Both the position numbers and the translations under genes were made by a program. From Horticoccus luteus (lineage in GTDB: Bacteria; Verrucomicrobiota; Verrucomicrobiia; Opitutales; Opitutaceae), in contig NZ_CP080507.1 of the NCBI RefSeq assembly GCF_019464535.1, forward strand, positions 2,430,001-2,462,000: DNA of 32,000 nucleotides, in the 5' to 3' direction. Below the pieces are notes generated by a model that saw only the letters and a program-made list of their open reading frames with translations, had not been told where the DNA came from and searched no databases. This document shows positions 15,534 to 23,315 of this stretch, piece after piece (the stretch's first letter is position 1; every line of letters begins with the position of its first letter).

Positions 15534-18080
15534 TCACCGCCACTCGTGCCGCGGATAACGCCGCGACAACTCCGCCTTCACTTTCGGATACATGTCGCGC
15601 CAGAACGCCGTGAGGTCGTCCGTCACCTGAATCGGCCGCTGGTTCGGCGCGAGCACCTCGATCTTCACCGGCACGCGTCCGTTGCCGACGGTGAATTTTC
15701 CCTCGATCCCGTAAAGCTCCTGAATCCGCGCGCTCAACACCGGCGACCCTTCGTCATGGTAAGTGATTTTTGACCGCCGCCCATTCGCCATCGTCAAACG
15801 CTCCGGCAGATACAGATCGATCACCGCGAGTTGCTCCGCCGTCAGCCAGTCCCGCAGCACCGGCATCACCGGCTTGTCCTTGATGTCGCGGTAACCGAGT
15901 TCGCCATAACACACCTGCTCGATCAACGTCGCCCGATCAGCCGGCGTCACCGGATTAACCTCCAGCTCGGGAAACCATTCCGCCAGCCGGTTCACCCGCG
16001 TGATCCACTGCTCCACCGCCTCGTCCCACGCTTCGAGTTTCAGCCGCCCGGCCAGCACTTCCTTCGTCAGCAACGCCGCCGCCGCATCCAGCGGCGCCTC
16101 GTCGCTGCTCACCTTGGTCTCCAGCACGAGATCGCGAAACCGCCGCTCGCGCCGCGACACCACGCGGCGGATCGATTCGTCGTAACTCACGCCGCGCGTG
16201 TCCTTGAAATCGTCCGGGAAAATCTCCTTCAACCACGCCTCCTCGACCGCCGTGGCGAGGGCGAGCAACACATTCACCTCTCCGCCGCGCCCGCCCACTT
16301 CGTTGATCTCCGCCGCGACCAACAACGGTGCCTTTTGCACCGCGCTTTCGCGCGCCAGCACGCCGCGCCGCTGGTGCACGAGTTCGCAGCGCAGCGTCCC
16401 GCCATCGAGGCGTTTCGCCAGTTGATCCGAAAACCCGGCGAGCACGCACTTCCGCACCTCCACGCCATCGATCCGACCTTCTGCGATGTCGAGGCCTTCA
16501 TCGCCCGCGATCTGCAAAAATTGCTCGAACAACGGCCCCACCTGCCGCGCCGCTTGTGCGTGGATGCCGAGCCGGCGGCACGCGTCCAAACTGAAATTGT
16601 TTTTCTCCGCGAAGCGCCACGCGCGCATCAGCAGGAAAAAATCGCTCTCGTGTTCTTCGCCGAGCAGATCCTCGCGTGCACGCTCCACGTCCTTGCCCAC
16701 GCCGCGCAGCAGAAAATTCCGCCCCTGGGTCAGCGCCGCCATCAACGCCACCGGCCGCACGCAGCCCCGCTCCTGTGCCGCGAGGAACATTCGTGCATAG
16801 CGCGGATGCATGGGAAAACGCAGCATCTTCCGCCCCAGCTCCGAAATCGCCCGCCGCTCGCCCGCCAACGCCCCCAGATCCGCGAGCAGCTCCTCCGCGC
16901 GGTCCAACCCCTTCGCTTCCGGCTTTTCCAGCCACGGAAAATTCGCCACGTCGTCGACGCCGCTCGCCTTCAGCGTCAGCACCACTTCCGCCAGGTCGAG
17001 CCGCTTCACCTCCGGCAATTCCTGCAACGCCCGCTGCCCATGTTCGCGCTCCGTCCAAAGCCGCACCGCGATGCCGGGCGCCGTGCGCCCCGCGCGGCCC
17101 GCCCGCTGGTCCGCGCTCGCGGCGGAGATTTTTTCGACCAAGAGCGTGTTGATCCCGCGATGCGGATCGAAACGCGCGATCCGCGCCAGTCCGCTGTCGA
17201 TCACCGCCGTCACGCCATCGATCGTGAGCGACGTTTCCGCGACGTTCGTCGAGACGATGATCTTGCGCGCCTCGTAGCGCGCCACCGCGCGGTCCTGCTG
17301 CTCCGGCGGCAACTCGCCATGCAGCGGAAAACACACGAATCCGCGCAAGCCCCGCGCGCCCTGAATCGCCTGCACCGTCCGCGCGATTTCGTAACCGCCC
17401 GGCATGAACACCAGCATGTCCCCCGTCGTGGACTCCGCGACACGTTCACACGCCTCCGCCGCGACCTCCCACACCGGCTCGTGTTCGAAGTTCACCGGCT
17501 TCGACCAATACTCGATCGCCACGGGAAAACTGCGGCCTTGCGACGTGAGCACCTCGCACGGTGCGAGATAATTTTTCAACGCGCCGGCATCGAGCGTCGC
17601 CGACATCACGATGATTTTGAGATCGGGCCGCGTGCTTTGCTGCAACTGCAACGCCCGCGCGAGCGAGATGTCGCCATACAAATGCCGCTCGTGAAACTCG
17701 TCGAAGACGATCGCGCTCACGCCCGGCAAGCCGGGATCGAACGACATCTGCCGCAGCAAAATCCCCTCCGTCACGAACCGGATGCGCGTGCGCTCGCTGA
17801 TGCGCGACTCCAGCCGGATTTGATAGCCCACGCCTTCGCCAAGATTCGTGCCCGCCTCCTCCGCCACGCGCTTCGCGAGGAGTCGCGCCGCCAGCCGGCG
17901 CGGTTGCAACACCACCACCTCGCCCTTTTCGCCCAACACGCCATGGCGCCAGAGCATCTGCGGAATCTGCGTCGACTTGCCCGATCCTGTTGGCGCCTGC
18001 ACGATCAGCCGGCCGCACCCGCGCACCGTCTCGATGACGGCGCCTTCGAGTTCATAGATCGGGAGTTCGCGCGGAGACAT
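15534..18080 (-). CDS. hrpB: ATP-dependent DEAH-box RNA helicase HrpB
   Basis: The helicase motifs are APTGSGKSTQIPQ (motif I), FDEFHER (DEFH box), SATL, TNVAETSLTIDG and QRAGRAGR. It also has the HrpB-specific C-terminal domain ending ...RYPRHEWR. The length is 848 aa. Confidence 0.92.
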   Translation of the reverse strand: MSPRELPIYELEGAVIETVRGCGRLIVQAPTGSGKSTQIPQMLWRHGVLGEKGEVVVLQPRRLAARLLAKRVAEEAGTNLGEGVGYQIRLESRISERTRIRFVTEGILLRQMSFDPGLPGVSAIVFDEFHERHLYGDISLARALQLQQSTRPDLKIIVMSATLDAGALKNYLAPCEVLTSQGRSFPVAIEYWSKPVNFEHEPVWEVAAEACERVAESTTGDMLVFMPGGYEIARTVQAIQGARGLRGFVCFPLHGELPPEQQDRAVARYEARKIIVSTNVAETSLTIDGVTAVIDSGLARIARFDPHRGINTLLVEKISAASADQRAGRAGRTAPGIAVRLWTEREHGQRALQELPEVKRLDLAEVVLTLKASGVDDVANFPWLEKPEAKGLDRAEELLADLGALAGERRAISELGRKMLRFPMHPRYARMFLAAQERGCVRPVALMAALTQGRNFLLRGVGKDVERAREDLLGEEHESDFFLLMRAWRFAEKNNFSLDACRRLGIHAQAARQVGPLFEQFLQIAGDEGLDIAEGRIDGVEVRKCVLAGFSDQLAKRLDGGTLRCELVHQRRGVLARESAVQKAPLLVAAEINEVGGRGGEVNVLLALATAVEEAWLKEIFPDDFKDTRGVSYDESIRRVVSRRERRFRDLVLETKVSSDEAPLDAAAALLTKEVLAGRLKLEAWDEAVEQWITRVNRLAEWFPELEVNPVTPADRATLIEQVCYGELGYRDIKDKPVMPVLRDWLTAEQLAVIDLYLPERLTMANGRRSKITYHDEGSPVLSARIQELYGIEGKFTVGNGRVPVKIEVLAPNQRPIQVTDDLTAFWRDMYPKVKAELSRRYPRHEWR

Positions 18081-18203
18081 GGACCATCAAGCGTTCGCGA
18101 CCCCGCGCAGCGTGGCAAGCGAGGTTTCCAACTCGCCGCACGCTCGTCACGTGGCGGCAAAAACTCTTCGTGTCCCTCCCCCTCTCTTCACGCCTCGCCG
18201 TCA

Positions 18204-18259
18204 GTGAATAACCCGTGAGCCACTTTACCCCCAAGTTATTCACCGTTTTCAACCGTGAG
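18204..18259. promoter_or_regulatory. Inverted and direct repeats in the relatively AT-rich control region between hrpB (-) and the + strand structured RNA locus
   Basis: GTGAATAAC (18204-18212) and GTTATTCAC (18235-18243) form a perfect 9-bp inverted repeat with a 22-nt spacer. CCGTGAG recurs at 18213-18219 and 18253-18259. The function as promoter or operator is inferred only. Confidence 0.3.
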
Positions 18260-18319
18260 AAAGTTGTGAAGAACAAAGACTTCTCAAATCGAACACGGCC
18301 GCGCAACCTCGTCCTCGTT

Positions 18320-18665
18320 CCTTGATAGAACAGTCGCCGCTCGCTCCGCTGAAAGGCGGGCCGAAAGCACGACTGGGATAATCCCGGGCGACCGGGGAAA
18401 GGTCGGTGGCAACTGGTGCCGCCCTCCCCTTCCGCTGTGGCGCAAGCCGCAACGGCCAAGGCATATGTCACCAGTTCCTCTGGCCGGAGTCGTGTCCGGT
18501 CAGTTCAGCACGAATCAGGAACTGTGCGGTCAGGCGTGATCAGAAACCACGCTGAGCCGAGTCAGGCCCACGGGACGTTTCGACCCGTGCGCCGAGGCAG
18601 TTACCCAGAGGGTTATGGTTGCTACTGCGCAGACCAGAACGCCATCGCGTTTCCCGGCGGGCCCA
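18320..18665 (+). ncRNA. rnpB: Candidate RNase P RNA-like module (atypical; boundaries approximate)
   Basis: Its motifs are collinear with E. coli M1 RNA as I recall it. These are ACAGTCGCCGC (18330-18340, identical 11-mer), GGGGAAAGGTCGG (18394-18406, compare GAGGAAAGUCCGG) and GGTGCC. Further along are a GCAA-capped hairpin (18437-18450, P12-like), GTGCGGTCAGGCG and GAAACCACGCTGAGCC (compare GUAAACUCCACCCGGAGC). CAGAAC (18635-18640) is followed by GCCATCG (18641-18647), which pairs with CGGTGGC (18404-18410) in a P4-like way. CAGTCGC (18331-18337) against GCTACTG (18621-18627) gives the P2/P4 pseudoknot order. No clear P1 or P15-P18 equivalents were found. Confidence 0.4.
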
Positions 18666-19186
18666 CCCCGCCAGAAGGCCCGGCTCGAAAGAGCCAGGCG
18701 CGCAACGGAAATACGGCGGCGGGGAGAGAGCGAACCTGGCAAAGTTCGCCCAACCTCCTCCACCGGGGCGGCGTGAAAAACCGCGTCACCCCACTGCAAA
18801 AATGAAACGCAACCTGAGAGTTAAGAGGTCAGACCCGTAGCACGGGGCCAACGCCCGGCCAAAAGCCGGGGCCGTCCTCGTGATCAAGGTGCCGACGCGA
18901 AATTGAAAGATTGCAGGCGTGTCTGCACCACGTCCGGCGCGATGCTTCCGGCAGGAAACATCCGAACCGGGCGAAGAGGCCTCACTCGAAAGATCCCGAC
19001 CGGCAACGGTCAGGACGGTCCCGCCATGAGACCGAAACATCCGCATGCCGCGGAGAGTGGCGTCGGGAAACACACAGCCCGCGAAAGCGAGGGCGCCCAA
19101 TGTGTGTGGATGGGAAAGAGCGCGTGGCGAGCGCCCAACCCCGAATTTGGCCCGTAGAGCTTCGGCTCTGCGGGCCTTTTTTGTGC
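18666..19186 (+). ncRNA. Unclassified highly structured RNA segment ending at an intrinsic terminator
   Basis: There is no credible ORF. The segment holds a dense series of GC stems with purine-rich or GNRA-type loops in + orientation. Examples are GGCTC-GAAA-GAGCC (18682-18695), GCGAAC/GTTCGC (18730-18749) and CCCGGC-CAAAA-GCCGGG (18854-18870). Others are ATGCTTCC-GGCA-GGAAACAT (18942-18961), GACCG-GCAA-CGGTC (18998-19011), and ACACACA/TGTGTGT (19070-19076 / 19101-19107) enclosing a GAAA hairpin. A 10-bp long-range helix joins 18868-18877 with 19013-19022. The segment ends at the terminator at 19149-19182. Confidence 0.45.
19149..19182 (+). terminator. Rho-independent terminator (+ strand)
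   Basis: GGCCCGTAGAGC-TTCG-GCTCTGCGGGCC forms a 12-bp stem with one G-U pair and a UUCG loop, followed by TTTTTT (19177-19182). On the - strand the hairpin is not followed by a T-tract (CAAATTCGGGG). The stop codon of the convergent gene lies 4 nt beyond the T-tract. Confidence 0.85.
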
Positions 19187-20746
19187 CTATTGCTTTCGCG
19201 TCACCGCCTTGCCGTTGCGCGTGTTGCCTTCGATCTCAGTCTCAGACGAAAACCCCAGTCCGAAAATCCGCACTTTCGCCGCACTCTCGATCTGGTTGCC
19301 GCGAATGATCGTCGGCCCTTCCCCGCCATGGCGCTGCGAGTGGATGTCCGTGATCGCATCGAAGACCGCCTTCACCGGCGCGTGCAGCACGATCCGGTTG
19401 TTCAACACGCGAAGATCGCCGCCTGAATTTCCGACCACGATCACGTGGTCCAACCCCCGGCTCTCCACGTCAAACGCACACTGCTCCACCGCGCAGTCGA
19501 AATTGAACTCAGTGAACACCACGGATGCGTCAACGAAATGGCAGTCGCGAAACGTGACGCCGCCAAACGAACGCGCGAACTGCATCGTCGCCGCCGGTGT
19601 CGCCCGCACGGTGCACCGCTCGAAAACCGCAAACCGCCCATCGTCGCCATCAATCGTTACGCCGCCGCGATGATCTCCCGCGCTGGCGTCGCGCACGAAC
19701 ACGCAATCCGTGAACCGCATCCGGTAACTATTGGAAAGGTTCAGCACTTTTCGCCGGCCGACGATTTGCAGTCCCTCCGCGGCGAAATCCCGCGTGGACT
19801 GCGTGAGCCGGATCACCGCCCGCGATTTCGCGATCCGCGCCCCCGCCGGCACCACCGTCCCTGCAGGAGAATTGCCCCGCCCGGGATTGCGCAAAGTCAG
19901 CCACCCTTCCTTCGCTTTCAGCACCCGGAAAATTTCCTCGCCGATCGTGATGCTCGTGTAATGCGACGGCTGATGAAAGCCCTCGCCGCGCCGGATCTTC
20001 ACTTCGACCGCTTCATTCACCTTTGGCATCGTGAACGCGTCCGCCGTCTCGCCTGCCCAATTGACCTGCGGCAAAGTGTAATCGCGCGCGAACGGATACT
20101 TGAACTGCAACTCGCCCGCCGCGCCCACCGCCGCCACTTCGTTAAACTCGCCATAATCCTGGTCGAATTTTGCCGCACCGTTCCGGATGAACACCAGTTC
20201 GCCCGGCTCAAATTCGCGCGCCCATTCCGCCAGGTTCAGCCGCACGACATCGCTCCCACGTGCCCCGCTCTCCGCGGAAAACGGATACGCCTGCTCCGCC
20301 GACTCCAGCCAGCCCACGTGGCGATACCCCGCCAGCACCAGTCCATCCGGCACCTTGGGCACGGTGGACAAAATCGTCTTGTCGGCACCGTCCCCGCGCA
20401 ACGTCACCCGGTCGCGTTTGATCGTCCACGCCTGTCGCGCCGCCACATAGTGCCCCGCCGGAAAGTAGATCGTCCCGCCGATCAGAGGGAGCCGGCTCTT
20501 CGCCCGCTCGAACGCCGCTTCATCAACGCTCCAGTCCAAACTATCCACGGCGGAGTAATCGCGGCGCAACGCGTCGAGATTCCGATACCGCCCCGCTTCG
20601 ACCCACTCGCGCACGAGATGCACCTGCCCATCGCCGACGGCACCGAAATCGCGCACATTGAGCACCGCGTCACCGTTTTTTTCTCCTGCGCTCATGGGCG
20701 CCGCCATCAGCCCCAACGTGGCCAGAATCAGAATCGAAAATCGCAT
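19187..20746 (-). CDS. Secreted right-handed parallel beta-helix protein (pectate-lyase-superfamily / GH28-related fold)
   Basis: It has a signal peptide (MRFSILILATLGLMAAPMSA). The N-terminal VLNVRDFGAVGDGQ motif is typical of the Pectate_lyase_3 / tailspike-like N-terminus. The C-terminal half contains repetitive beta-helix-like segments (FTDCVFV, FERCTVR, FRDCHFV, VEQCAFD). Confidence 0.85.
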   Translation of the reverse strand: MRFSILILATLGLMAAPMSAGEKNGDAVLNVRDFGAVGDGQVHLVREWVEAGRYRNLDALRRDYSAVDSLDWSVDEAAFERAKSRLPLIGGTIYFPAGHYVAARQAWTIKRDRVTLRGDGADKTILSTVPKVPDGLVLAGYRHVGWLESAEQAYPFSAESGARGSDVVRLNLAEWAREFEPGELVFIRNGAAKFDQDYGEFNEVAAVGAAGELQFKYPFARDYTLPQVNWAGETADAFTMPKVNEAVEVKIRRGEGFHQPSHYTSITIGEEIFRVLKAKEGWLTLRNPGRGNSPAGTVVPAGARIAKSRAVIRLTQSTRDFAAEGLQIVGRRKVLNLSNSYRMRFTDCVFVRDASAGDHRGGVTIDGDDGRFAVFERCTVRATPAATMQFARSFGGVTFRDCHFVDASVVFTEFNFDCAVEQCAFDVESRGLDHVIVVGNSGGDLRVLNNRIVLHAPVKAVFDAITDIHSQRHGGEGPTIIRGNQIESAAKVRIFGLGFSSETEIEGNTRNGKAVTRKQ

Positions 20747-20899
20747 AAGTTACTACGGCGACGAGGGCCGACCGCCTATCGGCCGACAGCCTTCCGCCCT
20801 CTTGGTTGCGCCCAAAATGCCATCCGACCTTCCTCCTTGCATTCGAAGGCACCGGTCCGCACTTTGATCCTTTTTTCAACGTCAGCCCGCCTTCGCGCA

Positions 20900-22720
20900 A
20901 TGAATCAGAACATCCGCAACATCGCCATTATCGCCCACGTCGACCACGGCAAAACCACCCTGGTCGACAAGCTCCTGAAGGAAGGCGGCGTGTTTCGCGC
21001 CAACCAGCAGGTCGAAGAACGCGCCATGGATTCCATGGATCTCGAACGCGAGAAAGGCATCACCATCAAGGCGAAAAACACCTCGGTGCACTGGGCCGAT
21101 AAAATCATCAACATCGTCGACACTCCGGGCCACGCTGATTTCGGCGGTGAAGTGGAGCGCGCGTTGCGCATGGTCGACGGCGTTTTGCTCGTCGTCGATG
21201 CCTACGACGGGCCGCAGGCGCAAACGCGTTTCGTGCTGCGCAAGGCCCTTCAGCACGGCCTCAAGGTCATTATCGTCATCAACAAGATCGACCGCGATAA
21301 CGCCGATCCCGCGAAAATGTATGACCGCGTCCTCGAGCTCCTCATGGAGCTCAACGCCACCGAGGAGCAGTTCGACGCCCCGGTCGTTTACGGCTCCGGC
21401 CGCGACGGCTACATGATGAAAAACCTCGGCGACAAGCGCGAGAACATGACGCCGCTGTTCCAGACCATTCTCGACCACATCCCGCCGCCGTTCGCCAAGC
21501 CCGATGAGGCGTTTCACATGCTCGTGTCCAACATCGATTGGAGCGATTACGTCGGCCGTATCGCCATCGGCAAAATCCTCGGCGGCAAAATCAACGTCGG
21601 CGAAACCGTTTTCACCGTCCGCCACTCCGACGGCAAACGCCTCCGCTCCAAAGTCACCAAGGTTTTCGAATACTCCGGGCTCGGCACACAGGAAACCGAC
21701 GCCGGCGTCGCGGGAAATATCGTCGGCCTCTCCGGTTTCGAAGACATCGATATCGGCGACACGCTCACCGTCGACGAAGCCGGTCACGCGTTGCCGTTTA
21801 CCGAGATCGACCCGCCGACCCTCGAGATGCAGTTCGCCGTCAACGACGGCCCGCTCGTCGGCCAGGAAGGCAAACTCGTCACCTCCCGCCAGCTCCGCGA
21901 ACGCCTCTTCCGCGAGCTGAAGACCAACGTCTCCATCAGCGTCGACGATTCCGACCGCGCCGGCGTTTTCAACGTCAAGGCCCGCGGCGCCATGCAAGTC
22001 GCCGTGCTCGCCGAAACCATGCGCCGCGAAGGTTTTGAGTTTCTCGTCTCCCGGCCGACCGTCATCGAAAAGGTCATCGATGGAAAACGCATGGAGCCTT
22101 ACGAGACCGTCTGGATCGAAGTGCCCGACGAATGCGTCGGCTCGATCATGCAGAATCTCGCCAACCGCAAGGGTCAGCTCACCAACATGGAAAAGCTGCC
22201 GCACTCCACCATGCTCGAGGCCACGATCACCACGCGCGGCCTCATCGGTCTGGAAATCGACGTCGTCAACGCCACCAGCGGCCGCGGCGTGACCAATCAC
22301 CTCTTCAAGGAATACGGCCCCTACGCCGGCGAAGTCCTCACGCGCCTCACCGGCACGCTGATCGCCACCGAAGGCGGCGAAACCACCGCCTACGCCCTCA
22401 TCATGTGTCAGGAGCGTGGCAAACTGTTCGTCAGCCCTGGCGAACAAGTTTACGAAGGCATGATCGTCGGCGAAAACCCGCGCAACGAAGACATCAGCAT
22501 CAACGCGGTCCGCGAAAAAAAGCTCACCAACTTCCGCTCCCAAGGCGAAGGCGTCGGCGCCGGCCTCACGCCCGCGACCAAGCTCTCCCTCGAGCGCTCC
22601 ATCGAATACATCGCGGCCGATGAATTCGTCGAGGTCACGCCCCAGAGCCTCCGCCTGCGCAAACGCATTCTGCGCGCTACCGAGCGCCGCAAGGCCGAGC
22701 GCTCCGGCAAATCCGAATAA
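20900..22720 (+). CDS. typA: Translational GTPase TypA/BipA
   Basis: The motifs are [37 protein letters not shown] and NKIDR, and the layout resembles EF-G domains II/III/V. The length is 606 aa. The tracked ORF start at 19445 is an artefactual upstream extension antisense to the beta-helix gene. Confidence 0.95.
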   Translation: MNQNIRNIAIIAHVDHGKTTLVDKLLKEGGVFRANQQVEERAMDSMDLEREKGITIKAKNTSVHWADKIINIVDTPGHADFGGEVERALRMVDGVLLVVDAYDGPQAQTRFVLRKALQHGLKVIIVINKIDRDNADPAKMYDRVLELLMELNATEEQFDAPVVYGSGRDGYMMKNLGDKRENMTPLFQTILDHIPPPFAKPDEAFHMLVSNIDWSDYVGRIAIGKILGGKINVGETVFTVRHSDGKRLRSKVTKVFEYSGLGTQETDAGVAGNIVGLSGFEDIDIGDTLTVDEAGHALPFTEIDPPTLEMQFAVNDGPLVGQEGKLVTSRQLRERLFRELKTNVSISVDDSDRAGVFNVKARGAMQVAVLAETMRREGFEFLVSRPTVIEKVIDGKRMEPYETVWIEVPDECVGSIMQNLANRKGQLTNMEKLPHSTMLEATITTRGLIGLEIDVVNATSGRGVTNHLFKEYGPYAGEVLTRLTGTLIATEGGETTAYALIMCQERGKLFVSPGEQVYEGMIVGENPRNEDISINAVREKKLTNFRSQGEGVGAGLTPATKLSLERSIEYIAADEFVEVTPQSLRLRKRILRATERRKAERSGKSE

Positions 22721-22801
22721 CCCCCGCGCGTCGGAGCCGGAAGCGATCCCCACGATCCTTCCGGCTGCGGCTCGTCTGCCTCCCGCGGCGCTTCGCGCCA
22801 T

Positions 22802-22835
22802 AAAAAAAACCCGCCGGACATCCGGCGGGTTTTTG
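22802..22835. terminator. Bidirectional intrinsic terminator shared by typA (+) and rpmE2 (-)
   Basis: AAAAAAAA-CCCGCCGG-ACAT-CCGGCGGG-TTTTT is a perfect 8-bp GC stem flanked by an A-tract and a T-tract, so each strand reads hairpin plus U-run. An additional 9-bp inverted repeat, AGCCGGAAG / CTTCCGGCT, lies at 22735-22766. Confidence 0.85.
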
Positions 22836-22859
22836 GTAAATCGAGCGTTCGAACGTCGC

Positions 22860-23108
22860 TTACTTGCGCGTGCGCTTGAACTTCGTGGTGAACTTTTCGA
22901 CGCGGCCCGCCGTGTCGACGAGGCGCTTCTCACCGGTGTAAGCCGGATGGGAGTCCATCGTCACGTCGCGCACCACCACGAAGAATTCTTCACCGTCGAT
23001 GGTTTCCTTGCGGGCCGACTTCATCGTCGACTTCGTCAGGAAGCGCTTGCCGGTGGCAACGTCCAGAAAACAGACGTTGTTGAGAGAGGGATGAACTTCG
23101 GCTTTCAC
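22860..23108 (-). CDS. rpmE2: 50S ribosomal protein L31, type B (non-zinc form)
   Basis: The sequence is MKAEVHPSLNNVCFLDV...DSHPAYTGEKRLVDTAGRVEKFTTKF. It lacks the CxxC zinc motif and has the longer type-B length of 82 aa. Confidence 0.9.
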   Translation of the reverse strand: MKAEVHPSLNNVCFLDVATGKRFLTKSTMKSARKETIDGEEFFVVVRDVTMDSHPAYTGEKRLVDTAGRVEKFTTKFKRTRK

Positions 23109-23125
23109 GAAAAATAATTTAAGTT

Positions 23126-23251
23126 TTAGCCCTGCCGCGCTTTGTAACGCGGGTCGGTCTTGTTAATGACGTAGATTTTGCCGCGACGACGGACGACTTG
23201 GCAGTCGGGGTGACGCTTCTTCGCGGATTTGATGGACGAAACTACTTTCAT
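23126..23251 (-). CDS. rpmJ: 50S ribosomal protein L36, YkgO-like (non-zinc) form; not in the supplied ORF track
   Basis: My manual translation of the reverse strand gives [41 protein letters not shown] (41 aa). It closely resembles the YkgO-type L36 pattern (MKV..S.K..K.RH.DCQ.V.R.G..YVI.K..PR.KA.QG). It sits 17 nt upstream of rpmE2. Confidence 0.9.
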   Translation of the reverse strand: MKVVSSIKSAKKRHPDCQVVRRRGKIYVINKTDPRYKARQG

Positions 23252-23315
23252 AAAAGATCCAGAAAACAGAGAGCGCAGCTGGGTGTGTCAACTGAAATGT
23301 CCCCTCGGGCCTCGC

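Noticed and set aside
15831-18218. 795-aa ORF on the + strand opposite hrpB
   Set aside because: It is antisense to an unmistakable DEAH helicase. The translation is Arg/Pro/His/Leu-rich with no motifs. It is a GC artefact.
18300-19186. Identity as tmRNA, SRP RNA, 6S RNA, a cobalamin or TPP riboswitch, or a group II intron
   Set aside because: There is no tRNA-like 3' end (GGTTCGA...CCA) and no plausible tag ORF ending in a hydrophobic Ala-rich tail. The GGCA-capped stem at 18942-18961 lacks the SRP helix-8 GUCAGG/AGCAGC loops. No B12 box (AGCCAGGAGACCUGCC-like) or CCUGAUC TPP core was found. I found no GUGYG 5' end or domain V-like hairpin. No + strand gene lies downstream for a riboswitch to control.
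18081-19330. Diversity-generating retroelement (TR/VR pair) involving the 3' end of the beta-helix gene
   Set aside because: I see no extended similarity between the gene's 3' end and the intergenic region, and there is no reverse transcriptase gene nearby.
18052-19426. ORFs inside the structured gap (18052-18471 -, 18416-18805 +, 18786-19100 -, 18911-19426 +)
   Set aside because: They have no start context or motifs, their composition is Arg/Ser/Gly/Pro-rich, they use rare codons, and they overlap one another. The region is better explained by RNA secondary structure. I cannot fully exclude a small protein without ribosome profiling.
20882-22933. 683-aa - strand ORF opposite typA, and the 19445-20899 N-terminal extension of the tracked 1091-aa typA ORF
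   Set aside because: TypA begins at the canonical [20 protein letters not shown] (20900). The extension is antisense to the beta-helix gene, and the - strand ORF is antisense to typA. Both are Arg/Ala/Gly-rich artefacts.
23252-23315. Zur box upstream of the L36/L31 paralogue pair
   Set aside because: The spacer contains no AT-rich palindrome resembling known Zur operators. Absence by eye is not proof for a divergent phylum.
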